Made by a program: the position numbers and the translations under genes
Assembly (NCBI RefSeq): GCF_009914755.1
Contig: NC_060933.1
Reading direction: 5' to 3' (one strand)
From: the human T2T-CHM13v2.0 reference genome, Homo sapiens
DNA: 64,000 nucleotides
The notes under the pieces: generated by a model
The model's input: only the letters and a program-made list of their open reading frames with translations
Database searches by the model: none
Told to the model about the DNA's origin: nothing
In this document: positions 1 to 15,939 of the stretch, piece by piece
Layout of the letters: the number at the start of each line of letters is the position of its first letter
Position numbering within the stretch: the stretch's first letter is position 1

Positions 1-1340
1 TTGTAGGTGTGCATGGCATTTTGTTTATGCATTCATCGTTGATAGACCTTTGAGTTGCTTCTAACTTTTGGCCATTCATTGTAAATAATATTTCCTTGAA
101 AATGAGTGGAAAAATATCTGTTTTCATGCTTTCAATTATTTCAGGTCTATATCCAGAAGTGGATCTGCTTCTGGTAATGGGAATTCTCTTTATATTGTTT
201 TGAGAAACTGCCACACTGTTTTCCAGAGAGGTGGCAACATTTTACATTCTCAACAAAATGGTGCACAAGGGTTTAAATTTCTTCACAACCTTGCTTCTAA
301 GCAAGGATGCTTTTTAAAAGTTGAGAATTGAGGTTGAATTTTATCAAATGGCTTACAGCCTTTATTATGGTGATAATATGTTATTTCTTTTCTTTGTTCT
401 ATTTATGTGGTGAATTACACTGATTGATTTTAAAAAAGAATCCACTTTGCATTCCTGGAATTAACACAAATTGTTCCTGATATTTTGGCCTGTTTATATA
501 TTATTGGCTAGAATTTCCAATACTTGTTTAAAATTTTTGCATTTATGTTTATGAAAGATTTGTTTATCAATTTTTCTTTCTAATTATTTTTGGTATCAGA
601 GTCATGCTGTACTCATAAAATAATTTGGGTAATCTTTTTTATTATTTAGTGGGAGACTGTATGAAAGATTGATGTGACTTCTTCCTTAAATGTTTGGCAG
701 AATGTGCTGCGGAAGCCATTAGGCAGATATTTTTTGTTGTTGTTGTATAAGCTGATTCTTAATTTTAGATTAAATATATTGTTAAAATACTGAACTGTTC
801 ATCTTGTCTGTTTTGTTTTGTGTTTGTTTTATTACGTTGTCCTTTTTTCAGCCTTTGTGCATTTCATCTAGTTTCCAATTTTTAGTATGTAATGTCCCGT
901 TAGGGTTATTTTAATATTTTGGGATGTATAATGGTCTCCCTTTTTGTATTCTTGGTATTTGTGTGTTTTTTTTTTTACATTTTTCTTCATCAGTTTCCCC
1001 ATGGTTTATCAAGTTTATTCGTTTTTTTTAAACAAGCAATTAAACAAGTGTTTGACTATCCTTTCTGTTGTATTTTTCTATTTAGTTAATTTCTGTGCAT
1101 TTCTTTATCATTTTCTTCTTTTTACTATCTTTGGGATTAATTTTGTTCCTTTTCTTAAGACGAATGTTTAGATAATTAATTTTTAACCTTCTCTGTAAAG
1201 ATGTGCATTTAAATTACAAAAATTCTGTATAAAATCAGCATATACACATGTCGCAAGTTTTGATATGTAGAATGTTAAAATGTAGTTTAATAACTATTTT
1301 TAAATTTTTATTATGCCTTCTTGAACCAGTGTACCCTAAT
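1..1340 (-). mobile_element. Degraded old L1M fragments
   Basis: T-rich antisense L1 signature, e.g. GAGAAACTGCCACACTGTTTTCCAG and CACTTTGCATTCCTGGAAT; boundaries approximate. Confidence 0.65.
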
Positions 1341-4300
1341 GATAATTTTTATCTTTTGGCAATTCATTTTCTCCCTATGATTTAGATATCCACTCAATTT
1401 CATTACTTCTATATCTCTTTCTTTAAAAAAAAATTTAGTAATAGGTTTTGCTGAGAGAATACATTTTTAAACTCAATTATTTCTAAAGCATAAAAAGAAA
1501 GGATTAAAAATTTAAATTTTCCTAACACCTACCATATTCTGTATTGTCTTTTATCATTTATTATCTACCTTTCAACTTCTACCTTTATGGATTTCTTTCT
1601 GTTTGTGCTTTCTTGTCACCTACTTCATAAGTTTTTGTTCTTGTCTCAAGATAACTTTGATATTGCTCTCTTGTTTCCTAAGACAATGGCCAAATTCTGT
1701 TTGTAGTCTTTATTTACATTTTCTTTCTTTTTTCAATTTATATGATAACTCTACAAAAAAGATTTACAGGCAGCTTACAAAACAGTTATCTATCTTACCA
1801 AGCTATAAACATTGGAAATTTTTTGCCCTCATGGCTTTTATTTTCTCTTGACTTCCTTTTTACCTATATAAATCTTACTTATCACACAGATTATATACCA
1901 TCTGTATTCTGTATCATAATTTCCTAGCCCTTCATTTGTGCCTCTATGTTAACTTTCTGCACACTGTACATTGTTTTATTTTAGATGTTCATTCTAGAAA
2001 TTTCTTGAGGTGAAGAATTATATTTTATGTATCTTTTATTCCCCAGTGTCTCATAATAGCAACCCCATTCAAAAACATACAAAATGCCTAACTAGGACCC
2101 AGGAACACAAAGGAAGAAAAAGGAAAAAATATTGAAAGTGGAGTTTATAGAAATCCAGATGTCCATGTCAACTTAATTATTTCTAATATTTGAGCCATGT
2201 TTCTCTCATGTATATAGCATGCTTATAAAACACCTATGTGTGTGTGTAGTCACATATGTATTATTAAAAGGTATAAATTTATTTTTCCTATCTAGGTACA
2301 AAGTTATTCATTCCTACATATGTGCTTTGTGCAAATACATCATTGTCTTCAGCATATTAACCTGCTTAAGGAAAAGAAAATAAACATTTCAGTTGTTCAC
2401 ATAACTTATATTTCAGAGCCAAATACAGTACGTTGCTACACACAAGGCACTGGTGAAATTAACTGTTTCCTTCATTTACCTTCTCCAATATCTACGTATC
2501 CAATATCTGTCTATGGATGCTATGGCTAGTTAATCCCTTTCAAACAAGTATTATTCTTGTCTTCGTAACTTTTCTCTGTACTGTAAACAAAAAGAACCTT
2601 CTTTTTTGAATAGGTTATAAAAATATTACTGATTTACTAATTTGATAGGACATCCTTCCCTGGATTATATAACTGTTAGTTCCAATATCTGCTATATTAA
2701 TGATTATATTGTGCTTATGTTTTAATAAATATGTATTTCCTTCTTAGAAGTCTGTGGCTACAATGTAGTGATATATGACTACGGTGTGATTGGAATAAAT
2801 AGTCATAGCAATCATCTCTTTGTCACAGTGTAGGAAAAAAAAAGAAGGCTATTATGGCCTAACATGGTCACTCCTCACTGTTACATATGAATCCTCCAAT
2901 TATCTTTCATATCAGAGTACTTGAAAAAACAGAAGCCTCAAAATTATTTTTTTATAAAATTTCTATCTTTAAGAAATGTATTTTCAATATAACTTAACAT
3001 CGAGTACATCTTAAATAAGTGTAATAGAGAAACTATTGCCAAACAATGAAAATAGATGGAAGCATATGCATTGTTTGATTATACTAACCACACATAAAAA
3101 GTAAGGTAAACAAAAGACTGATGCTGAAGGGAAAAAAAAAATCCTGCTATCATTTACATTCGGATGTTTAGTAAAATCACAACAAAACGGGAGCTTTTCA
3201 AACCTAGTCTCTGCAAAGCACATAGCTTAACCGTTAGAAATGCCACCACCAATGACAACAACAAACAAACAAAAACTATGCAGCAAAGGAAAATAATAGT
3301 GAGCTTATGCCTGATATTATTTATAAAGAAACATTAGTAATGCTAAACTCAAGCTTACCGACAGTGGCAAGTAGCTGCACATTCTCAGCTGCACTATTAC
3401 AGCTGTTCTCTATAAACCTTTGGTTGCAACATTATGGCCAGTAGGGCACAGCATCTAGCAGACTGAAAGGTCATTGCTTTGTTTATATGACTTTTATAAT
3501 CTGAAATTTCAACAGAATGAATCCCACAGCAGGCTCAGGTCCCTCCAGGGCCGCAGTTTTTCTGTGGTATTGTTTGCCTCTAGAAGTTCTGTGAGAGAGT
3601 GATTAGCATTTGGCAAATGTTAACTTTGCTTGAGAGGACTTTGTGTCTGCACCAAGGTATAAACTGAGGAGCCTAAAGGAGAACACTCACATGAGCCAGC
3701 GGCTCCTAGAACTAACATCAAAATGGATTAGGTGCAAGCTTTTTTTTTTTTTTTTCCTAAAACCTGTCTCAGTTTTTCACTTGATTTGGTATATTCTAGT
3801 TGTCCTCTGTGTGAGTTCACCTCAGGTCCTTTGTCTCTATCTCAAGTACTAATATCACTCCTATAAATGCCTATATTTGGAAGTTGGAGAGGGGCTTAAT
3901 TCTTCAAATAGATTGTAGAGTAGTGACAGTGGGAACAGGAAGAATGGAATAATTGTGGGTGGATATTTAATTTGGCCTTGAAAAAATGCCAAGAATCATA
4001 GCTTTGATATTACCCATATATCTCTTATGCAATAGTAATGATGGAATCTAGTAAGGATATTCTCCTTCCTAGTGAGAAATTGCACTGCTCACAGACAAAT
4101 TGAAGTAAGCAGTGAGTGGGGGCTAGGGAGGTGATGCGTGGCATCCTTGGAATGCAATGGGAGTCCACAGGTATCACAAGGGACAGTCAGATGAAACTTA
4201 TCAACTACACTTAAAGAAAAATGAACCTAACCTTTCATTCATCAAACAGAACCCTATATAAATGTCAGTGAGCATCAGCATTCAATTAACATTGTGGCTT

Positions 4301-5439
4301 ATTCATCAGTTAGGGATATATAGTGTAGGGACTCCTGTTGCTCCTGAATCATAATTGCAGAGCCGTCTCTTCAGCTGTTTTTAGCTAGGTGCAGATGCTT
4401 CACCTGCTGCATTTCAAGTACCTTTCACCAAATCTCTACTTTAGACATTTGTCATGTGGTCCCTTAGTAACACACTGGTAAGATCTCACATTGGTTCTTT
4501 GTACATTAAGGTTCTAATGAAGAGTTACCCTTCTGGGAGCCTGGAATAAATTCCCCCACCCACAAGAAAAAAATAAGGACAAAAAGAGTTGTTTCTTTCT
4601 TCTTAATGTGTGCATTGTTTACATAAAAACAGTTGTTAGAAGGGTAAGAAACAGTTATATTCTCCTGATATGTCTGCATTCAACCCTTCCTTGGGGTGTA
4701 CTTTTAATTCTGCAGCCAGGGTATTAGCAATATTAAACTGAAAATGTCACAAAATGTCAAATCTGAAAATGTCACTGGGAAAGGGGAAAAAAGATGGTGA
4801 CCCCATACTATCTACAGATGAAATAAATATGCCTCCCTGGTACTGTACAGTGATTTTTTTTAGTGGATATAATTTTATACATTTTGCATCCTATTAATTT
4901 TCATGGCATAGATGGAGAAATACTAGAACAGCGAGAGTGCTGAAGACAAATTAACTCATCAATTACATGTATGGGACAGTGGAGACTGAGTTTATTTCAC
5001 CATTTCGAATAGCAATAAAACTGTAATTACTAACTCGTGGAATCTTCATGGAAATCTGCATTCATTACTGCTTAATTTGAAGTCAGAGACTGCTATATAC
5101 TTAGCTTTTCTAATATCTGCCACCCAGTGAAAACAGTAGAAAACAGTTTAGAATTAAAGCAGCTGTCCCACTAAGTCTCCACAGAAACATTTTGGTAATC
5201 ATCCAAACTAAATTTTACCCATGACACCAGTGAGACTAGTTTGTACTTAAATAGTGCAGAAAATGGAAAATGAATATATTGTTTGTTCAGGGGTACAATT
5301 CCCCCTTTTTTTTACTGTTCTCTGCATGTCAGTCTAACTCTCTGCTAACTCTTCCCTCTTCTATCCTCTCTTTACATATGCAAACGCGGTGCAGAGAGTT
5401 ATTTTTTAACAGAATGGCTAAGGGGAAAGATGTAGTCAG

Positions 5440-5625
5440 AAGATTTGGGTACAAATTCTGTTTATAACACTTACCAACTTTCTTTATGGTGTTGAACAAG
5501 TCACTTCACTTCTTTGAATCTCACTCTCCTCATTTATAAAATGGAGATTATAATGTCAACCTTCTAAGGTTTATATGAGCATTAAGTGAGCTAATGTATG
5601 TAAACACCTCTAGTGTAGCACCCAA
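5440..5625 (+). mobile_element. MIR SINE fragment
   Basis: MIR core-like CAAGTCACTTCACTTCTTTGAATCTCACTCTCCTCATTTATAAAATGGAGAT. Confidence 0.7.
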
Positions 5626-7789
5626 TATTTTAATGTTGGTTTCTTTTGTTTTAATCTTTAAAGGAAACCAAAAGTTATAGGTATTATATGTTGTGTTATA
5701 ATTTATGGAGTGAACTGAATTTCCCTGACAGCTTAGTATCTAGAAAAATCAGAACTGCATTTATTATACATATGCCATTTGTTTTGCTTTTGTATCTTTA
5801 CTATGGTTGAAAAGCAAAGTGTTACATCTATCGAAACTGATCTTTTAACTATACATTTGTTTTTACATGCCACTGTGAATTAATTAAATCTGAAAAGGCA
5901 TCATTTAAATGCAATTACTTGTTTTTATTTCTTTAGTCTGTTACTGGCACCTGGGAAATGATAGATCACAGTTTTAAGGGGTCAGATAGGGGCAGAAATC
6001 AACGGCATTTTATTTTAGGATCAGTGATATTTTTCAAAAGTTTGTTTCTGTCAACTACAGGTTTTGATGTATGTGCATACAGAAGCAAAGGAAACGTGTC
6101 TGTGGTATATGCACTTTCTGATTGGAGAACAGAGGCAATAAAGCTCACTCTGATCTGAGCAAGAAAAAGGAACATAAAGAAGGGTTGTGGTAGAGATTAG
6201 TTACAATGAAAAAATGCAAACAGAATAAATTTTTAGAAGTGTTTGAAAGTTGTGATGGGTGCTTAGCTAATAGTTCGAAAACTCCACCTGCATCAGTGTT
6301 AGGTATATTTATTAATAAATCTCATACTCTATCTCTCTGAGTTCCTTTGCCTTGTAGAGATTTGTAAAACCTAACAACACTCAATAACACAATTAACTGT
6401 AAAGAGGTTAGAACAAAACTAAATTCTATGCGTTTTCTTCATTCACTTGCCTATTTTGAGGTATTTTTCCATTTCCTTAAAAGATACAAATGTTTCTCCT
6501 GAATCAAGCAAGACTGGAAAAGTGAATTTGATGACTTGATGTGGCTGATCTGGCCACATGTATGCTCCATGGGTTTCAACTGACTAACATAGAAACAGCA
6601 CAACATTTGTATTGCTAGCCAGAAACTGTTGAGCAAATGCCGTACCTCTGATCTCAAACTGCTTGGCTGAATCTACTGAACAGATCCAAAGTAGTATAGA
6701 AAAAAAATCTAAGTCAGGGATTTGATGATCTTTCAGACTCTTTCAGATAATAATTGTTATCTGCAAAATTAAGATTTCAATAAGTTATTACACGCAGATC
6801 TCTGCTAAGAGCTCCTGCTATATATAATATGCTCTTAAGTAATGTTAGCTCTTATGATTCCTACTCAAGTTACAGTTTGTATAGTAAAATTAGGGTACAA
6901 ATGTCAACTAGAGAGTGATGTTTCTACGTACAAAAAACAAAGGAAAGATAAATTCAGCTGTATATGATATCTGATTGAAAAGCCCAAGCAAGAAAGCTAA
7001 TGCTCTAAGCTTAGTAACTTAGAATTGATTAGCCACAGTCTGCTAGTTGATAGGCCCAGTACATGACGTTGCTCAGAAAATGTAGTATTTAGAAAGTATC
7101 TAGTGAAAATAATTTGGCAGTGTCATTTATAAATTGATGTCTGTTCACTCACCTGATTAAAATGTACATTTTCAATAAACCTCAAAATAGAAAATACTAT
7201 ACAGAAAAGACCATCTTGAGTGTAATTTTCTTAATTCCAAGAATCTGTCAAAGAACATAAACCTGCTGATTCTAGTGATTAGAAGTGGTTCACAGAGGTT
7301 TATTGTGCAACATTTACATTTTATACCTACCTTGATGTAAGCTGTTCCTGTTATCGTTTGTCATACCATCTCTGGCCCCTTCTCAATTCTTCTCCTCTGT
7401 ATATACTCTGAACTGTGCAAATATGATGCAAGAAAGTAGGATAATTGATGGTAAGAATTTCTTTTAAGAAATGACCATTTTAGTGCATTGTGAGTGAATG
7501 AGAGTGATGGCTTTGCATTTTTCCAGAAATATACAGCTATTTCTGGAATAGCTGTCTGACCTGTGTTTTAGTTGACTTTGGAGTATATTGTTAGGACGTA
7601 AACCCTGTGGTGGCATATAGGAAAATATTGACAGCACCTATTTTTAAGTATTGTAAATGCATGTAAGAACCTTAGGCTCTCAAATTATCATATACATATA
7701 TATATATATGTATATATATATAAATCAATTATCTCTCACTTGAATTTGGAGGAGTTTCTTGGCTTTTCAGGGACTATGCTTAAGCCATA

Positions 7790-8190
7790 CTTAACTAGCT
7801 CAAATTCTCTTTCTATGCCTGCTCTTTCTCACTTTCAGGTTTTTGCACGTGCTACCCTCTCTGCCTGGAATATTCTTCTCTCTGCTTCACTTGTCTTGTC
7901 TGATTCACTCCTTAACCTTTTGCTTTCAGCCTAGATATTTTGTACATGAGAAAAGTCTTCTCTGACCAACAAAAGTAGGCTAATACCTTTACCCATATGC
8001 ATCCAAAACACTCCGATCACCTCTACCATTGAACATGTTACATTGTACTGAGCATTTGTCATTGTGTGTCAGTGTCGTTCACAATACTAGAATTAAACTA
8101 TAGATAACAACTGTATTGTTCACCATTTTGTCTTGAGTTTTTAGCAAAGCATATGACATATATTAGATGTTTAGTAAACATTCATTAAGT
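7790..8190. mobile_element. L2 3' fragment
   Basis: GCTACCCTCTCTGCCTGGAATATTCTTC ... TTTAGTAAACATT resembles the L2 3' end. Confidence 0.55.
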
Positions 8191-8600
8191 GGACTCGTGA
8201 TTTAGAGTTGGAATGAGTTGGGCTAACAGACTATTCTTGCCCAAGTTTTCTTCTCTGGGTTCAGATGTGTCTCCGAATCCTGGACCCTGGTAATACTTTG
8301 CTGTGTTCCATGCCGGGATCTAGATCTGGGATTCCTTAATGCAACTATTAAAGTTCTTACTTAAAAGCAATCTGTGAGGTATGTCCTCTTTTAGGACCTC
8401 TGACCAAAATCCAAAGATGGAGCGAGGACACTGTAATTTCCAAGACCCTTGTAAATATAGAAAAACATTGGAATTTCCACTATAGGCCAGTGTTCACCGT
8501 TGTCCTCTAGACTGTTAGTCATCCAGCATTTAGAAAAATACTATTAATGATTGATAACCTACCTCTGGGTAGGCAATTGAGGTTATAAAGAACTTCTCAA

Positions 8601-9190
<590 letters not shown>

Positions 9191-10369
9191 TCAAGAATTT
9201 CAAGAATTTAATGTCTTTACTAGTGGTATTCCATAATCATTTAAGGATTATCCATAGTTAAAATTTATCTGTCTCCATCTATTGCCATTGTAAACAGTGG
9301 AAACTCACAGCTATGCACTTGCATCTGTCACAGACATGCTATTTATTTCTTGTCCTGTCAACTTCACCTATTTTTATTTGCTAACCATATTATTCTCATA
9401 TATCTAACACATTAGAATGGATGCTCGTTTGTGTACATCATCACTGAACATATAGAATGTTGTATATAGTCAAAAGCATTTTCCTAATGTAGACTTATGA
9501 GGAAACCAATCCATCTTACCCTTCTAGTGTGTCCTACTAATTCTATACAGGAGATTAGGCAGTCAGCTATTATTCTCTTATTGCACAGAATTTAGATTCC
9601 ACATATCGTTCTGTTGGATACAACCGTTTGTCTTTGCAATAAAATCCCCACAAATATTTTATGGTCTGAATTCAATAGTGTTAAGAGCTTTCAATTTCTG
9701 AAGTCTTGCCCTGTTCCTTCTTAAACACAATAATCAATAAGCCCTGTGTCACAAAGTCACATGTTTTAATGGAATTACATTGATAACTCTTGCCAAAGTC
9801 TTCCTTTAAAACCTGAAATTCTGTGATAAATTCATGTGTGCCAGTAATGGTCATAATCTTTGAGTACTGTCTTTCTACAGTCTCTATTATATTGCCACTT
9901 ATGCCATACCTTTTAAAAATTATTTTATATAGAGTTTCAAAGGTAAAACTTTTATATCTTTTCTGAATTAGTACTTTTTTTTGCACAAAAAATTAGAGAA
10001 AGATTTTCACTTATAATTTTGAGACAAAGTCCTAGTTTCCTAGCAAAATTGATGTAAAATTATTTGTTCTTGTGCTTCTGCTATTCCACCTCCTCCTTTT
10101 TTTGTCGGTCCTTTGTTTAGGAAATATTTTAATAGGTTTATGCATGAGCCATAAGTAACTGCCCCACAATATTCTTTATATAACCAATATTCTTTTATAT
10201 ATAACTCTTATATAATCAATATTCTTTTATATATAACACTTTGATGTATAACTTCTTGATCCTTTGAGTAGATTATTTTATACTGTCATAAGATTAGCAT
10301 TTTTTTTCCTGTGACAGTGCTCAAGTTTGGACTAGTTGGTAGAAGTTTTGAGAAATAACAGAAATTTAA

Positions 10370-10535
10370 ATAACCACGTCTATAATTTACTGAGTGCTTA
10401 TATTCTAGACACTCCAGTGTTAAGTACTTTTCATATATTAATATATTTTAATCTTCACAGCCACGCAAATTTGCCTCCCACTTTATAGATGAAGAACTTA
10501 GAATTCAGAGAACTTAAATAGACTGCCAAAGGATA
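10370..10535 (-). mobile_element. MIR fragment
   Basis: AATTTACTGAGTGCTTA...TTTAATCTTCACAGCC...CCCACTTTATAGATGAAGAA. Confidence 0.65.
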
Positions 10536-10609
10536 GCAATAACAAAAGAGACTATTTTGGAATTCTGCGGAATGGAAAAATGAACCTGAAAATCTAAACC
10601 ATAGAAACA

Positions 10610-11530
10610 AAGCAAAAGTCCTAGAGAGGACTCTTAGTCACCAGTGAATTCTCTTCTCCTGGATTTTTGCTTACACCAAGCATTTCTTCCTCTTCTTTGT
10701 TGGCTATTCCTCCTCTGCACATTCTTTAATGGTTGGCTTCTTCTAGGGTTCAGTCCCAGATCTTCATTTCTGTTCAGTCTTGTTCATTAGGAGCTTTCAT
10801 CCATCACATGGTTTTAAATACTATTTAAATGATGATAAACCTGAACTGTGTATCAGTAGCCCAGAGCTTTCCCATGAGTTCCAGACTCATAGTCAGCATT
10901 CAACCTGATATCTCCACTAACAAGCATATAAAATTGTATGGGTCCAAAATGAGTGCTAAACTTTTACCTCCCTGAAACTATCCCTCTCGCTGTTTCTCAT
11001 ATCGGTAGTATCACTACAATTACTCATTAATCAAATCAAAATTATATGAAGCATCCTTGCTCATTCTTTTTCCCTAACTCTCCCAGTAAAACATAAATTC
11101 TATGGATTCTATCTCTAGCATATGTCTTGAATCTGCCTATTTGTATTGATACTTCTATGATTATCTTTTCTTTTGCCCTTGCCCTTTCCTAACTGCAGAC
11201 CTTACCCTGGAATGCTGTGTTCTCCTTGATCTTATTTTTTTTTGCTGGATTCTTCTCTCTGAGTTCTCAACGTGAAAGTAGACAGAATTTTTTCAGGACT
11301 TCTTTAGTCATCTTATATAGTCCCTTGCTCTCTTCCAATCCCATCCATTCTTGTCTCACCAACCTAAATGCTTATATTTCTACTTGTCATTATTTGTAGT
11401 ATTTTGATAATCCTTTGTATACTTGCTTGCTAGACAGGCTCACACAAAGGCAGAGATGTGTTTCTCTGTTGTATCCCCAGTTAACAGCAGAGTATTTGGA
11501 AATTGTAAGTATTCAATATTTATTGAGTTT
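10610..11530. mobile_element. L2 fragment(s)
   Basis: CCCAGAGCTTTCCCATGAGTTCCAGACTCA...TGTATCCCCAG...ATTCAATATTTATTGA typical of L2. Confidence 0.55.
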
Positions 11531-12911
11531 CAAAAAAACTCAATAAATAAAGCCTAATATAACGGTTGCAAGGATGAGGTGGGTGGTGAGGTATCATTAC
11601 ATGGGAATGAGGCACTTCAGTTTCGTTTGATAAACTCCTCCTTTTTAAAAAAATTGACTGTACCCTGTGGAATTCCTGAAGTGAGACTTAGAAGATTCTT
11701 GACACTGGCTATTTCAACTTTTTTTTTTTTTTTTTTTTTTTTAGTAAAAACATACTAAATCTTTATTGTCCAGCCAAATCCTCTTTTCTGCATTTAATGT
11801 TAATCTCTTCTTAAATTTTGAGTTCAGAAAAGCCTACTTTACGTTCCATGATCATCATTGCCTTTTTATGAATAGAAGTTTATAGGTTGCATTCATCTCT
11901 CTCTTCGTTACAAATTAACTGCCACAATGATTTATATAGAATAAGAAGCCTTATTATTACTACTAATTGTGGTACATGGTGGATGGTGAATGTATTTTTA
12001 GCTAACCTTTATTAGTACTTTGCTAAATATTTTACATTCTTCCTCTTGTAATTAATGCTATACCTCTTTTACAAAGAAGAAATATTAAATTACAAAGCTT
12101 GGAATGGCCAAACTGCAACTCAAGCCTACCAGAAGAAAATGATCTTAAATATTATGTTCTAACTACCCAGTACTTCCTGTCTATGCCTTCTCACCAGGAG
12201 TGCCTCGTATCTCATCATACAAACGGGTAGGAATGATATCACAATGAGAGATGAAAGAAGAATGTAAATTTCTTTTGCATAAAGGTGGAATACTCACAAT
12301 TCCTCACCAAAGCGATGTGATTTTACATTCTAGTATTTGCTTTATTGACCAATTGTACCTTCATGTTAGCATGACAAAAACTTGAAATTAAATTCATCTT
12401 TAAACCATTTTACTTGTATTTTGGCTAAATAATAATATTTGAGGAGTCTGTAAGTTTAAAAGGGGAGACATCTAAATGGATTGCCCTTGCTATTAAGCAG
12501 GTTTTTCAAAGTTAGTCCTCAGACCATTTTGCTGGTGTAGGGCAAATTCCCCCTTCCCTTTGCAGTCAGACTAGATCAAAATTTCTGGTTCACCCAATTT
12601 TTACAGCAAATGTCTACAAGCTTACCCATTCACAAGTACTTTAATAATAACCTAAAGAATAATTTTGTCTTGTACATTTATAAAGGTGATGTGAGAATTT
12701 ATTAAAAAGAGATCCCACACTATGGAACAAATATATTATTAAATATATATTATTTAGATAATTGGTTAAGCATAAGTATGTATGCAGGAAGGAAAAAGAA
12801 TGTGTGTTTAATGTTAGCCACCAGGTCATGGTGACAGTAATTTAGAGAAAAGTGGCAGTGGTAGCTCTGTAATATATATTTTTGAATTTTCATTATTAAT
12901 TTTTCTTTATC

Positions 12912-13208
12912 TTTTTTTTTTTTTTTTTTGAGACAGCGTCTTGCTCTGTTAACCAGGCTGGAATGCAGTGGCAAAACTATGGCTCTCTTCATCTTCAGCC
13001 TCCACCTCCTATTCTTAATCAATCCTCCTGCCTCAGACGGAACTATAGGCATGTACCATTGCGTCCAGCTAGTTGTTTTGTATTTCTTTTGTAGAGATGG
13101 AGTTGTACTGTGTTTCCCAGGCTTGATTCGAACTCCTAGGCTCAAGCCATCTTCCCACCTCAGCCTCCCAAAGTGGTAGGATTACAGGTGTGAATCACTG
13201 TGTGCAGC
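12912..13208 (-). mobile_element. AluJ-like
   Basis: Poly-T followed by a diverged antisense Alu with CTCCTAGGCTCAAGC (J-type). Confidence 0.85.
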
Positions 13209-13225
13209 TTTGCATAATTCCTTGA

Positions 13226-13537
<312 letters not shown>

Positions 13538-15939
13538 TATGCACTCCTTAAACCCCTATTGGTCTTCACAAATTCCTACTGAATTGTTGTTTAATTCATT
13601 TATTCATCCAACAAATATTTAATCTAGTTCTTCACTCAGCTAAGTGTTGGTCAATATTTTGTATCAGACATAAAGTGCTATTAAAGAGAGTCATTCTGCC
13701 TGTTTGCAATTGTCAAATATTTAATTTTTGAAGCCCACAGGTTTGTCATTTGCCACACACGGTTTCATCTTCTGAGTTTGTTTTTCCCTGGCTGTTTCTC
13801 TTTCAATTTGCTAGTGTATATAGTTGTTTTCATACTGGAGCTGCTAAAATCTTGGCTCTTTTCAAATGCAAAGATGCCCTGTATTTGCATTTGGAGAATG
13901 TTTGCAAAGAATTTTCTTCAGGATACGTCTTTACAAAGGACCTACTGTAGTTGTGTTATAAGGAATTTTATAGCAATTCCTGATTTTTAGGTATAAGAAG
14001 TATTATATCCCAACTGGTACGTTTCCTTGTAGATAACTACTCATTTTATAGAACGGTTTACTTTTGAGATGTTTTTCTTACTACTGTCAAAATAAAATAA
14101 TGATGACTTCTTTTGAAATTTGAAATTTTTTTGTTAATGTTTTAGTCTCTAGTGCCTAGCATGTAGTAGGCACTCAAAAATATTAGTTGTGTGGTAGGAT
14201 GAATAAATTAGCAAAAAAAAATCCCCCAATCTGCAGCAAAAACTCTTTTATAACACAATTCTGCATCTCCAAAGCTTTGTTAATTATCACATGTGTTTTG
14301 ACAAAGAAATGGACCAGATAGAATATTTTATGCTTTCAACTAGAGTTTCAAAAAGTGACTATGCCATGTAATACAAAAGAGTAGATAGTATCCTTAAAAT
14401 ACGCACATGGAACTCTTCCAAATGCAGACCCTTGGAGTATTTTCAAATCTCCTTCTTACTGTATGTTTACATTCTAAAAAAAAAAAAAAAAATCCTATGA
14501 CTTTTCTCAAAAATGAATGGCCACCTCTCTAACCTTTAACATGGTTGGAATTGATTGTTCCTAATCTTTATGGATATCTCCTTTAGTTTTGTTTTTATAG
14601 TTTTTCTAGAATCCCAGTGCCCTGCCGCAATTATTTCTGCAGGCCCTTTCTGCTCTTGACCCTTTCTATTTCTATTATTTTTTATCATTTTCTTTAGTCA
14701 TATCATATACTTCCTCTGCACCTGGATCTTCTCTTGTCCTTGAACCTGGGCTAAAGAGAACACTGTAAATGCTAATGAATTCAGAGTTGTCTCTCTGTCT
14801 TTCCTTGAATCTTTCCCCTTGCTTTCTCCCTGCTGGCACTCTGCCTCTGTCTGAGTAGTTTACATTCCTGGAGGTCAAACTTCTTTGACTTTGGCTGCTC
14901 CTTTATTTGGGGTCGGACAACAGTGATCATTTCTATAGATTTCCTTCCTCTGTTTCCATCTATAAACACTACTCGAGCTTCTCTTACATACAGCATTCTC
15001 TTACCTCTGAGATTTAGACTTTGGCATCTGAAAGTCTATAGACATTATCTCTCTTCATTTCACAGATGAAGAAAGAGTTGAAGTTTCTGGTTAAATTTGG
15101 TGCATTGAAAGCATGCCATTCCTCCAGAAACCTGACTAAAATAATAGAAAAAAATAAAAGAGCTAAAAATCTACAGGAACAATCAGTAGTGAAGACAACA
15201 GCAGCTGAGAAATGACACAAAACTTCAGATGAAAGCAGATGGGTGAGTAATGAGTGAATTGGCAGAGCAGAGTGGAACCCTGGGTGCCTATAGAGAAGGA
15301 CACCAGAGAGGAGAAGGTCACTTTGTCCCCCCTGGGCCTTGGAAAGTCCCTCAGGCTCTAAGGAATTACAGGAATCAGATTCCGTGAAAGGCAAAATTTG
15401 GAGGATAAAAAAATTAGAATTGGTTTATTTTTGTAAAAGAAGCGATTAGAAATGTCAGATGCCTTTTCCCACTTCTCACAGCAAGACAACTACTTCCTTC
15501 TCAAACCTGAAAGAGAAATTAAATCCATTTTTCAGATAAACTGACCTGGAAGAGACTTTGAACTGGGATTCCAGGCAAAGCAGAGGTGAGATTAGCTTTT
15601 TTCGTAAAAGCCAGGAGCTTCCCCAAATGTCTGCATAGCTAATGGTAAGAATACCCATCTTTTAACTTTGTCTCCTATAATGGTAAATTATTATTGTCAG
15701 AATCAGACATCTGTGAGTCTCCCTATAAAAATCTAGCTAGGGACTCCATTAAGTTACAGGGTAGCATATGAATTCATGAACCCAGCCCATGTACAAAATT
15801 CAAGATCAATTTTTAAATTACTCACTCTGAGTGAATAAAGACCACTAGAAATCTGGGTAAAAATTACAACGTGGGAAATAGAGACAAAAACAAAAAGAAG
15901 CTCAGTGAAAATAGTCCACACTATGAAAGGGAGAAAGCA

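Noticed and set aside
8450-8510. KHWNFHYRP resembling a retroviral integrase motif
   Set aside because: Frame closes within about 20 codons and no other integrase motifs flank it.
10167-10240. Imperfect AT-rich tandem repeat (AATATTCTTTTATATATAAC)
   Set aside because: Ordinary slippage repeat; no spacer structure, not CRISPR-like.
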